Source: an uncultured Gammaproteobacteria bacterium (GTDB lineage Bacteria; Patescibacteriota; Patescibacteriia; JAHIZJ01). From it: a stretch of DNA of 64,000 nt. Of this stretch, positions 1-8,342 are shown piece after piece (the stretch's first letter is position 1; every line of letters begins with the position of its first letter). The position numbers and the translations under genes are program-made. The stretch lies in the NCBI GenBank assembly GCA_964371245.1, contig CAYJKP010000001.1, forward strand, positions 123,042-187,041. The letters run 5' to 3'. Under the pieces are notes generated by a model. The model made no database searches, had not been told where the DNA came from, and saw only the letters and a program-made list of their open reading frames with translations.

Positions 1-881
1 AGGGTGCCAATCTCGGCGAGCTGACAAAAGCCGGCATCCCGGTGCCGCCCGGATTCGTTGTCACGGCCACGGCGTTCAAGAAATATCTCGAGCTGTCAGA
101 CCTTGATGTCGAGCTCGACGCCATCCTTGACGAACTGAAGATAGAAGACGTCAGTTCGGTCGAACGCGAGTCGCGGAAGATGCGTTCGCTCATTCAACGA
201 GAGAAAATACCTGAAGCGATAAGCCAAGAAATCAAAAAAGCGTTTCGTCATTTACGAGCCAAGTACGTGGCCGTGCGCTCCTCGGCTACGGCCGAGGATT
301 CAAAAGTGGCTTCCTGGGCGGGTGAGCTCGAGACCTACCTCTTTATTACCGACAAAGAGCTTCTCGCCGCCGTCCGGAAATGCTGGTCATCGCTGTATAC
401 GCCGCGGGCTTTGTTCTACCGATTTGAAAAGAAACTACACAACAAAATGATCCGCGTCGCGGTTGTGGTGCAGAAGATGATCAATGCGAAGGTTTCCGGC
501 ATAGCGTTTACCACTCATCCGGTAACGCGCGACCCAAACCAGCTGATTATTGAAGCGGGCTGGGGTTTGGGTGAGGCGATCGTGTCAGGGCAGATAACAC
601 CTGACGCCTACGTCCTGGACAAGGCAGATAACACCTTCATTGACGTAAACGTAAACCGACAGGAAATGATGATCGTGCCGGCCGTGCCAAAGGGCACGAA
701 AAAAGTGAGCGTGCCGCGGGCCAAGCAAGAAAAACAAAAACTGACCAAGAGCCAAATTCTTACGCTGGTCGACATCCTCCGGCGGATCGAGAAATATTAT
801 GGCAGCCCACAGGATATCGAGTGGGCGTTTAACGGGCAAAATTTCTATATTGTACAAACACGGCCAATAACCACGCTTTAA
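1..881 (+). CDS. PEP-utilizing enzyme, PPDK_N (pyruvate/PEP-binding ATP-grasp) domain protein; 5' end lies outside the window; the ORF stops right after the PPDK_N domain
   Basis: Translation carries PPDK_N hallmarks (VAVRSSATAEDS, SSLYTPRALFYR, DIEWAFNGQNFYIVQTRPIT). The frame is open from the window start. No PEP-utilizer or TIM-barrel domain follows. Confidence 0.7.
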   Translation, partial: GANLGELTKAGIPVPPGFVVTATAFKKYLELSDLDVELDAILDELKIEDVSSVERESRKMRSLIQREKIPEAISQEIKKAFRHLRAKYVAVRSSATAEDSKVASWAGELETYLFITDKELLAAVRKCWSSLYTPRALFYRFEKKLHNKMIRVAVVVQKMINAKVSGIAFTTHPVTRDPNQLIIEAGWGLGEAIVSGQITPDAYVLDKADNTFIDVNVNRQEMMIVPAVPKGTKKVSVPRAKQEKQKLTKSQILTLVDILRRIEKYYGSPQDIEWAFNGQNFYIVQTRPITTL

Positions 882-883
882 TT

Positions 884-2701
884 ATGGAGCTAGCCGGCAC
901 ATCACCACAGTCCAAGACAGACGGCGCAGACAATCTCGCCGACCAGATCCTTGACGCACTCCAAAGTCAATCGCCAAAGCATGCGCTGACGCTGCTCTTC
1001 CAGCTCCAGGCGAAAGAACAAACGACGGCGCTGCCAGCCGATCTCCAGATACAGAAACAGCGCTTGCAAATCATTGCCATCCCGTTGCTCTCGGCCAACG
1101 AACTGGTTTCGATTTTTCAAAAAAATCTCCGTCCGGTGCTTGAATTCAACGTCGGCGATCGTTTGAAACGCCGCTTTGTGTCGTTACCGTTACGCGACCA
1201 GGACGAGCTGAAACAGAATATTCAGTCAGCCCTTGAATTAAACACACTCCCGTTTGTATCGGGCGTTGCATCTTCGCCGGCTGCCTGGATCGAACAATAC
1301 AACCTGCGACACGGCCAATACTCCGATTTTCTGAAAAATAACGTGGCCTATATTTCCCTGACGAAAGAAGAGCAGCTAAAGGTTGAGCGTCTCATGCGGT
1401 TGTACCAGCAGATTTCCGCGCTCTCCACGTCGCCGGCCGGGATAGAGGACGAGATGCTGGTGAAAGACGAGCAGGGGAAATTTCAGGTATTACGCGAAGG
1501 GCGCTTCATTGAACTGAACGCCGAGCCGGTTGAAACCCCACCGATACCAAGTTCGAACGTCCAACCAGTGCCGTCGAAACCAGCCATTTCATCGTCGCCA
1601 GTTGTGACGGTCCCGATTGCGCCGACGCTGCCACCACGACCGCCGGTCTTGCCCAGAACAGATCCGCAGAAGCCAACAACGCCGCCGATCACGCCGGTTC
1701 CACGGCCGATTATGCCGCAACCTCGCCCCAGCCCCGCGAGCCAAAACCCAACCGCTGATTTCTATTTTCACCGCGAAGACGAGGAAGAGGTAAACCGCTT
1801 CCGTACGCGGCTAGCTGATGCCACCACCCCATCTGGCGCAAATATCGAACAAATCGCCGATCGGTTGATCCGGGACTTCCGCTTAACCTTTGCTAATGAC
1901 GCGTTACGCTCGCGCTTTGTCAGCATAATCGTTTCCCGTTTGAAAGACGTGCGTGATTTGATTGAAACAAAGAGTATGCTCATGCGGCCGATCGAGGTCG
2001 GCGGTATCGGTCTGCCGGAAACACTCGTGATGCAGATACTCTCTCAGGTTGAGGAGGAAATACTCACCTTGCATAGCCGACCAGCCGAACCGATAAGCCA
2101 GGAAAAACCGCCCGAGCCGCTTCCCGTCAAACCGCGCGAGGAGCCAATTGCGCCGCCGGCTATTCAAACGCCGCCACCAGCCGCGCCAACAGTACCAGTG
2201 CGGCCACCGGTTCCGCCAAGATTGGATATACCGAAGCCAATGGCGGCAGTTCGGCCTACGCCAATTCCGCCGCGCCAAACGCTTACGAGCCAGCCAGCAA
2301 ACTCGGGTACGACCATCGTAAAGCGGCCTGTTGAGACAACGCGACCGGTTATGTCAGACATAAAACCGCCGGCCAAGACCGTCGGACCAGTTGAAGAAAT
2401 TTTTCGTCTGACCCCCGATGATTACCGCCGTCTCGGGAAGACGCTAGCCGAAGCAAACGATAAAATCGCTGAAAAACTCGATCTTTTGGAAGAGGATTCA
2501 TATCTCAAGCGGGCCGAGGGCGTAAAAGCTTGGAAGAAGAACGCCGTTCACCGACTCTATCTTGAAATCGGCCGGGAAAGCATGGAGCGGAATATGGCCA
2601 TATCGGACGTTATTCGTCAGCGTCAGGAAGCCAACCGTCCAACCGTAACCGAGGAGGAATTTCACGCCATCGCTGATTTAAATAAGCGGATAAGTTTCTA
2701 G
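884..2701 (+). CDS. hypothetical proline-rich protein
   Basis: Long ORF with strong coding asymmetry; only short, likely spurious antisense ORFs overlap it. Two long P/T/V-rich low-complexity tracts; no recognizable catalytic motif. Confidence 0.5.
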   Translation: MELAGTSPQSKTDGADNLADQILDALQSQSPKHALTLLFQLQAKEQTTALPADLQIQKQRLQIIAIPLLSANELVSIFQKNLRPVLEFNVGDRLKRRFVSLPLRDQDELKQNIQSALELNTLPFVSGVASSPAAWIEQYNLRHGQYSDFLKNNVAYISLTKEEQLKVERLMRLYQQISALSTSPAGIEDEMLVKDEQGKFQVLREGRFIELNAEPVETPPIPSSNVQPVPSKPAISSSPVVTVPIAPTLPPRPPVLPRTDPQKPTTPPITPVPRPIMPQPRPSPASQNPTADFYFHREDEEEVNRFRTRLADATTPSGANIEQIADRLIRDFRLTFANDALRSRFVSIIVSRLKDVRDLIETKSMLMRPIEVGGIGLPETLVMQILSQVEEEILTLHSRPAEPISQEKPPEPLPVKPREEPIAPPAIQTPPPAAPTVPVRPPVPPRLDIPKPMAAVRPTPIPPRQTLTSQPANSGTTIVKRPVETTRPVMSDIKPPAKTVGPVEEIFRLTPDDYRRLGKTLAEANDKIAEKLDLLEEDSYLKRAEGVKAWKKNAVHRLYLEIGRESMERNMAISDVIRQRQEANRPTVTEEEFHAIADLNKRISF

Positions 2702-2707
2702 GGAAGT

Positions 2708-3163
2708 ATGCCACTTCAATTCACCGTGCCACAATTTATCGATGTTGAAGACAAGATCTTTGGTCCGATCTCGGTCCGTCAATTCGTTATTATCCTAATC
2801 GGGATCGGTGTGGTCGTGATGCTGTATTTCGTGTTAACATTTACATTGTTTATCTTTGCCGCTCCGATCGCCTGCGGCGTGATCGCCATCTTTGCCTTTT
2901 TTAAGATAAATGGCCAGCATTTTCACCTTTTTCTCCTCAACGTTGCGACCACCTTCCGTCGTCCGCGCATCAAGCTTTGGCACAAACATTTAGCCGATGA
3001 CGAGATTCAAGAGGAAAAAGCGAAAGAAAAGGTCGGTTCCGAAGGCGGCGGACCGCCGAAGATTACACCGACAAAAAGTCGTCTTCGCGAACTTTCCTTG
3101 ATCGTCGACACGGGCGGAGCCTATGGCGAGGAATCCTGGCAGGTGACGCGCGATACCCGATAG
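2708..3163 (+). CDS. PrgI/VirB3-like small T4SS membrane protein
   Basis: N-terminal motif (IDVEDKIFGPISVRQFVIILIG) followed by two TM helices is typical of Gram-positive PrgI-family (VirB3-like) proteins. It sits immediately upstream of VirB4. Confidence 0.55.
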   Translation: MPLQFTVPQFIDVEDKIFGPISVRQFVIILIGIGVVVMLYFVLTFTLFIFAAPIACGVIAIFAFFKINGQHFHLFLLNVATTFRRPRIKLWHKHLADDEIQEEKAKEKVGSEGGGPPKITPTKSRLRELSLIVDTGGAYGEESWQVTRDTR

Positions 3164-3176
3164 CTAACAAACATAC

Positions 3177-3860
3177 ATGCCTACCCCACAGAACAAACAG
3201 CGTAAAAACACCCCTTCGACTCAGCGGTTCGTACCGATCGCTGAAATTAAAGACGACGCCGTGATCTTAAAAGACGGGACAATTCGAGGCGTCATCCTGG
3301 TTTCATCGATCAATTTTGCTCTGAAGTCGGAAGACGAACAAAACGCCATCATCCAGGCCTATACCCAATTTCTCAACTCATTTGAATTTCCGGTGCAGGT
3401 GGTGATTCAATCGCGGAAACTTGATATTGATGAATATCTCCAGCGGCTCGAGAAGGTCGAAAAGGAGCAGATGAACGAATTATTAAAAATGCAGACTCGC
3501 GAATACCGCCAGTTTGTAAATGAATTGATTGAATTGGCCGATATCATGAGCAAGCGTTTCTATGTCATTGTTCCGTATGCGCCGGTGACGAAAAAATCTT
3601 CAAAAAAGTTTTTTGACCGGGTTCAAGAATTATTTGCGCCCAGCCGGATTATTCAATTGAAAAAAAGCCAATTTGAAAAATACCATACCGAACTGGCCAA
3701 GCGGGTTGATTTCTTGATCAGCGGCTTGAACGCCATGGGCTTGAAGGCCGTTGGTCTCGACACGCAGAGCCTGATTGAACTGTATTACAATACGTATAAT
3801 CCAGAAACCTACGACCATCAAGAATTGGTCCAGGTTGATCGTATTCAAGTGGAGCGTTAA
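3177..3860 (+). CDS. VirB4 N-terminal domain-like protein; appears to be the detached N-terminal domain of the downstream VirB4 ATPase
   Basis: Motif 'FVPIAEIKDDAVILKDGTIRGVILVSSINFALKSEDEQNAIIQAYTQFLNSF...VQVVIQSRKLDIDEYL' resembles the N-terminal region of Gram-positive VirB4/TcpF/TraE-type ATPases. Stop TAA at 3858-3860, then one nt, then ATG of the next ORF, with GGAG 7 nt upstream. Confidence 0.5.
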   Translation: MPTPQNKQRKNTPSTQRFVPIAEIKDDAVILKDGTIRGVILVSSINFALKSEDEQNAIIQAYTQFLNSFEFPVQVVIQSRKLDIDEYLQRLEKVEKEQMNELLKMQTREYRQFVNELIELADIMSKRFYVIVPYAPVTKKSSKKFFDRVQELFAPSRIIQLKKSQFEKYHTELAKRVDFLISGLNAMGLKAVGLDTQSLIELYYNTYNPETYDHQELVQVDRIQVER

Positions 3861-3861
3861 T

Positions 3862-5787
3862 ATGGCAAACCTCGATCTCTCGAAAAAACAAGCCGTCGTA
3901 CCAGAGGCAACCCAGGCCAAGGTCATTTTAACGCCGCAACAAAAACGCGAGGCGGAGGCGTTAGCCATGGAGCGTGAGAAACGCGCGATCGAAGTAGAGC
4001 GGATCTACCGCGAAGGCGTGGTGACCATCCGAGATCTGATTGCTCCATCATCTTTCCGGGTGATGCCGTCGTACGTCGAGTTGGGCAGCAAATTTGTCCG
4101 GACGCTGTTTGTGGTGACCTACCCGCGCTACCTCACGGTCGGCTGGTTCGCGCCGATTGTCAATCTTAATTTCACGCTCGATATTGCGATGTATTTCTAT
4201 CCGATCAGCTCCGATATCATCCTGAAGCAATTACGGAACAAAGTCGGCGCGCTCGAAGCGCAAATTATGGCCGACGCCGAAAAGGGAGCGGCGCGCGATC
4301 CGATGCGGGAGACCGCCCTGCGCGACATTGAAAAATTGCGCGATGATCTGACGCAAGGGACAGAGAAGTTCTTTCAATTTTCCCTCTACATGACGCTGTA
4401 TGCGGATTCACTCAAGGAATTAAATGAATTGACGGATCGAGTCGAAGGCATGCTCGGTTCGCGCCTCGTCTATTCGAAGCGGGTGTTTTACCAGGCGGAA
4501 CAGGGCTATAATTCCACCCTGCCCATGGCGATCGATGAGATCAATGTGACCTTTAACATGAACACCTCGCCGGCCGCCTCGTCCTTCCCGTTTATTTCGT
4601 CCGAGCTGACGAGCGACAACGGAATTCTCTACGGCATCAACCGCCACAATAACAGCTTGATCTTATTTGACCGCTTCAGTCTTCAGAACGCCAATTCGTG
4701 CGTTTTTGCGACCTCAGGCGCTGGCAAAAGTTACGCGGTCAAGCTCGAAGTGCTCCGCAGCCTGATGCTTGGAACGGACGTTATCATTATTGACCCAGAA
4801 AAGGAATATAAGTATCTCTGCGACGCCGTCGGCGGAGCCTACGTCAACATCTATCTCAACTCGGACTCAAAGATAAATCCGTTTGATTTACCGAGACCGG
4901 TCGGGGAAGCCGATCGACCGGCCGATATCATCCGTTCGGCCGTGATCACCTTAAAAGGGCTGCTTCGCTTGATGCTCGGCGAATTTACGCACGAGGAAGA
5001 TTCGCTCGTCGACCGGGCACTGATCGAAACCTACGCCAAGAAAGACATCACAGCCGATTCCGACCTAACGAAAATCGAGGCGCCGCTTATGTCCGATTTC
5101 GAAGAGGTGCTCGGTGGCATGGAGGGCGGTGACGGGTTGGTCAAGCGGCTGAAGAAATTCACCGAGGGAACGTTTGCCGGCTTGTTCAACAGCCCGACGA
5201 ACATCGACGTGAAAAACCAGCTAGTTGTGTTCAGCGTGCGGGACCTTGAGGATGAGCTGCGTCCGATCGCCATTTACACCATCGTCAATTATATCTGGAA
5301 CGTTGTCCGGTCGGAAATGAAGAAACGGATTATGGTCATCGATGAGGCGTGGTGGCTAATGCAGAACGAAGATTCAGCCAAATTCATCTACGCACTGGTC
5401 AAGCGCTGCCGCAAATATTATCTCGGGGTGACGACGATCACGCAGGATGTCAACGACTTCTTGCGATCACCGTATGGCCAGGCCATTGTCACGAACTCGT
5501 CATTGCAGCTTTTACTCAAACAGTCGCCGGCTGGTGTCGATATTTTGGCGAAAACATTCTTGCTGACGGAAGGCGAAAAATATTTGCTGCTGGAAAGTGG
5601 GGTTGGCGAGGGGATATTCTTTGCCGGTTCCCGCCATGCCGCCATAAAAGTTGTTGCCTCGTACACGGAAGATCAAATCATTACCTCGGATCCAAAGCAG
5701 CTGCTCGAGATAGAAGCCGCGAAGAAGGAGTTTGCCGAATCGATGGCCCAAGAGGAAGACGTAAAGTCAGCCGCACCAAAACCATAA
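3862..5787 (+). CDS. virB4: VirB4/TraE-family T4SS ATPase (AAA-like, DUF87-type), C-terminal two-thirds
   Basis: 'RDLIAPSSFRVMPSYVELGSKFVRTLFVVTYPRYLTVGWFAPIVNL' is the conserved Gram-positive VirB4 segment. Walker A FATSGAGKSYAV, Walker B VIDEAWWLM, and 'TQDVNDF' are present. The ORF-track start at 3775 is an upstream extension; ATG 3862 with an RBS is preferred. Confidence 0.8.
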   Translation: MANLDLSKKQAVVPEATQAKVILTPQQKREAEALAMEREKRAIEVERIYREGVVTIRDLIAPSSFRVMPSYVELGSKFVRTLFVVTYPRYLTVGWFAPIVNLNFTLDIAMYFYPISSDIILKQLRNKVGALEAQIMADAEKGAARDPMRETALRDIEKLRDDLTQGTEKFFQFSLYMTLYADSLKELNELTDRVEGMLGSRLVYSKRVFYQAEQGYNSTLPMAIDEINVTFNMNTSPAASSFPFISSELTSDNGILYGINRHNNSLILFDRFSLQNANSCVFATSGAGKSYAVKLEVLRSLMLGTDVIIIDPEKEYKYLCDAVGGAYVNIYLNSDSKINPFDLPRPVGEADRPADIIRSAVITLKGLLRLMLGEFTHEEDSLVDRALIETYAKKDITADSDLTKIEAPLMSDFEEVLGGMEGGDGLVKRLKKFTEGTFAGLFNSPTNIDVKNQLVVFSVRDLEDELRPIAIYTIVNYIWNVVRSEMKKRIMVIDEAWWLMQNEDSAKFIYALVKRCRKYYLGVTTITQDVNDFLRSPYGQAIVTNSSLQLLLKQSPAGVDILAKTFLLTEGEKYLLLESGVGEGIFFAGSRHAAIKVVASYTEDQIITSDPKQLLEIEAAKKEFAESMAQEEDVKSAAPKP

Positions 5788-5816
5788 ATAACTACGTTGG
5801 TTAAAAATATTATCGT

Positions 5817-6455
5817 ATGAAAGGGTTCCGTATTCTCATCATCGTGCTTGGAGGGCTGGCCGTTCTCGCCGCCGCGGCGTTGGTGATTTTGCGATTGACG
5901 CAAAAACCGACCAATTCTAATACCAATACGAATACGCCGGTAAATAATGCAGTGGTGAATACGACGAACGAAAATACCAACACGTCGAATACAAATACAA
6001 ATACGAATACGGCGAACACCAACGCAAATACAAATACGGTTCCGAGTAATACGAATACAAACACCGGGAGTACACCCGAAGCGAATCTCAAAGGGGTCGC
6101 GCGAAGTTTTGCCGAGCGCTTCGGCACCTATTCAAACCATTCGGACTTTGAAAACATCGAGCACTTGATACCGTATATGAGCGAACGGATGAAAAAATGG
6201 GCGCAAAAGTATCTCGATGAGCAACGGGAAAAAACCGTCGATCAAAGCGTCTATTATGGCATGATTACTCGGACCATGTCGGTCAAGCAGACCAGCTACG
6301 ATTCTGACAATGGCACGGCTGAATTTCTGGTCACGGCGCAACGAAACGAATCGACCGGTACAAGCTCAAACTCAAGGATATTTTACCAAGACCTCCAGAT
6401 AAAATTTATTAAAGAGCAGTCGGTTTGGAAAGTAAACGAAGCCTGGTGGCAGTAA
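5817..6455 (+). CDS. membrane-anchored protein with Asn-Thr tandem-repeat linker and ~130-aa C-terminal domain (speculatively VirB8/NTF2-like)
   Basis: N-terminal TM (ILIIVLGGLAVLAAAALVIL), (NT)n repeats encoded by aatacgaatac-type DNA repeats, then a globular domain. Located inside the T4SS-like module. Confidence 0.5.
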   Translation: MKGFRILIIVLGGLAVLAAAALVILRLTQKPTNSNTNTNTPVNNAVVNTTNENTNTSNTNTNTNTANTNANTNTVPSNTNTNTGSTPEANLKGVARSFAERFGTYSNHSDFENIEHLIPYMSERMKKWAQKYLDEQREKTVDQSVYYGMITRTMSVKQTSYDSDNGTAEFLVTAQRNESTGTSSNSRIFYQDLQIKFIKEQSVWKVNEAWWQ

Positions 6456-6464
6456 CGGGTTGAT

Positions 6465-7181
6465 ATGGCTACGAATGGTAACAATTTTGATAACGCGCTA
6501 GGGAAATCAAAGGAGAAACAACGCGAATTGGACGATCGAACCGGTCGTTCAAAATCGAGTCAAGAAGCGCTCGATCGTCAGCTGGGACAAGATCCGAAAT
6601 CTTGGCACGATCAGCAAATTCGGCAGGGTAAAGACACGCACACAAAAGACCGATTAGCCGGTTCGATGGGCAGTTCAATCGGCGACGTCAATCAGCCGCG
6701 CGGCATTCGCGGACGGGTGACTGACAAGATGGATCGATCGATACAGGATTTTGACGCTCGTCAGGGTGTTGCTGGCGCAGCCGGAGAACGGTCGGCCGCG
6801 AAACAGCTTGGCGGTGCAAAAGCCGCTGCCATGAAAAAAGCAGCCGAAGGAGGAAGTGCTGAAGAAGTCGGCGAAGCGGCCGGCGCCGCCGCCCTGCAAG
6901 CGAAAAAAATACAGCAATTCCGGATACTCCTGATGGTTTTAAAAGGAGTCAAAATCGGCGCCGCAGCAACGGTGGTGGGGATAATCATCACGATCCTTAT
7001 CTGGGTGGCTCAGGTAATCCTCTCAAAGGTCTTTGGCAAAAAAGAGTTTGAACTCGATTTGTGGGAAAAAATAATTGCCTATCCAATTTGTTTTATTATT
7101 TTGGTCTTCGTGGTAACGCAAATTGCGGTTCTTGTCCAAGCCCTTGGCTTAGTAAGCAGTGTCGTTGATTGGATCTTCTAA
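6465..7181 (+). CDS. hypothetical membrane protein (Gly/Ala/Lys-rich N-terminal region, two C-terminal TM helices)
   Basis: ORF with two hydrophobic C-terminal helices (IGAAATVVGIIITILIWVAQVIL; IIAYPICFIILVFVVTQIAVLV). Confidence 0.45.
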   Translation: MATNGNNFDNALGKSKEKQRELDDRTGRSKSSQEALDRQLGQDPKSWHDQQIRQGKDTHTKDRLAGSMGSSIGDVNQPRGIRGRVTDKMDRSIQDFDARQGVAGAAGERSAAKQLGGAKAAAMKKAAEGGSAEEVGEAAGAAALQAKKIQQFRILLMVLKGVKIGAAATVVGIIITILIWVAQVILSKVFGKKEFELDLWEKIIAYPICFIILVFVVTQIAVLVQALGLVSSVVDWIF

Positions 7182-7208
7182 TCCCACACGGGCGTCCGCG
7201 ATGATTAC

Positions 7209-8342
7209 GTGTCAGCGAAAAAGATGTGGTATAATATAGCTATGAATAACACGGCAATAAAAAGACATAATCAGGTTCAACGGTGGTTTGGCATCCTGAT
7301 GTTGATATCGTTATTGACCGTCGCGGTGGCTATGTTTATGGCGCCGCGAGTAGCATATGGTCTAGTTCCAGATGCGGACGCTTGTGGCAAGGGCAAGGTA
7401 AAACTGAATGTTAAGCTCGGCACGACTGAGTGTATTTCTGACATTACCCAGTATACGAAGATTTTTTACAATCTCTTTATCGGGGTCATCGGCATCTTCG
7501 CTGCGGTTATGATTATGTATGCCGGTTTTCAATGGATTTCCGCCTCCGGGAATTCCCAAAAAATTGAACGGGCCAAAGACAGTTTTACGTCGGCCATTAT
7601 TGGTGTTGTGATTGCGCTCATTTCGTACGTTTTGTTGAATTTGATCAATCCTATGATCGTCAACCTGCAGCCAATCGCCCTGGAGACGATTACCGGGCAG
7701 GCGACCGTCGCGAACATGGAGCTCTGTAAAAACATGCTCGGCGATAATTGGTCGCAGCAGGTGATCAGCCCAAACGCCAGTTGCGGCGAGCCGAACAATT
7801 TAAAGGACGCGCAGGGTAAGCCGACGGGCGGTATATGTTATGGCCACGAATGCGGATCTGGCACCCAGTGCTTCAATAAAGCTGGCGTCTGGAAGTGCGA
7901 CTCACCGTATAAAAAATGTACAGATGCAAAAAAGGACCAATGCGCGGCGGTTGACACGATGCTTGAGGATCGAACGTATGGCTGTATCCAAAACACCACT
8001 GGCACGGGTGATGAAGATAAGTGTATCTATGGTCCGATCATCCCCTTAATCATCGGGCAGGGGACTGTCGGTGTCGCGCCAAACATTTATGAGCGAATTC
8101 GCTGCGAAGATTCACCTGAGAGGGACTGCTGGAAAGTAAGTGGTTCGGGAGCGACGCCAACGAAATGCGTTGATGCTGGTTTATATGGAGATTATTTTTG
8201 CACGAACTCTGAGCGGGCGGTTCAATGGGGGCAATCAGTCTGTGTTCATAAGGTTGGCAGCGACCCGCCGGAATATTACCTTTGGACTGGCGCCGCGCAA
8301 GGGGACGATATCGCCCCGGGTTTGTGTTCATCCACCCAATGA
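7209..8342 (+). CDS. VirB2/TrbC-like T4SS pilin-like protein fused to a ~230-aa cysteine-rich C-terminal domain
   Basis: Signal/TM segment, then two hydrophobic helices separated by a short polar loop (IFYNLFIGVIGIFAAVMIMYAGFQWISASGNSQKIERAKDSFTSAIIGVVIALISYVLLNLINP), typical of VirB2/TrbC pilins. Then ~26 Cys in the C-terminal extension. Confidence 0.5.
   Translation: MSAKKMWYNIAMNNTAIKRHNQVQRWFGILMLISLLTVAVAMFMAPRVAYGLVPDADACGKGKVKLNVKLGTTECISDITQYTKIFYNLFIGVIGIFAAVMIMYAGFQWISASGNSQKIERAKDSFTSAIIGVVIALISYVLLNLINPMIVNLQPIALETITGQATVANMELCKNMLGDNWSQQVISPNASCGEPNNLKDAQGKPTGGICYGHECGSGTQCFNKAGVWKCDSPYKKCTDAKKDQCAAVDTMLEDRTYGCIQNTTGTGDEDKCIYGPIIPLIIGQGTVGVAPNIYERIRCEDSPERDCWKVSGSGATPTKCVDAGLYGDYFCTNSERAVQWGQSVCVHKVGSDPPEYYLWTGAAQGDDIAPGLCSSTQ

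Noticed and set aside
585-2376. Series of minus-strand ORFs (585-857, 902-1120, 1483-1692, 1589-1771, 1768-1983, 1904-2278, 2164-2376)
   Set aside because: All lie antisense inside the PPDK_N gene and the long Pro-rich gene. They are Arg/Trp/Gly-rich low-complexity translations typical of antisense frames of GC-skewed coding DNA, with no motifs.
3775-3861. ORF-track start of the VirB4 C-terminal ORF at 3775 (MNCITIRIIQ...)
   Set aside because: This extension overlaps the upstream ORF by 86 nt in another frame. ATG 3862 sits one nt after the upstream stop with GGAG 7 nt before it, and the protein matches VirB4 from there.
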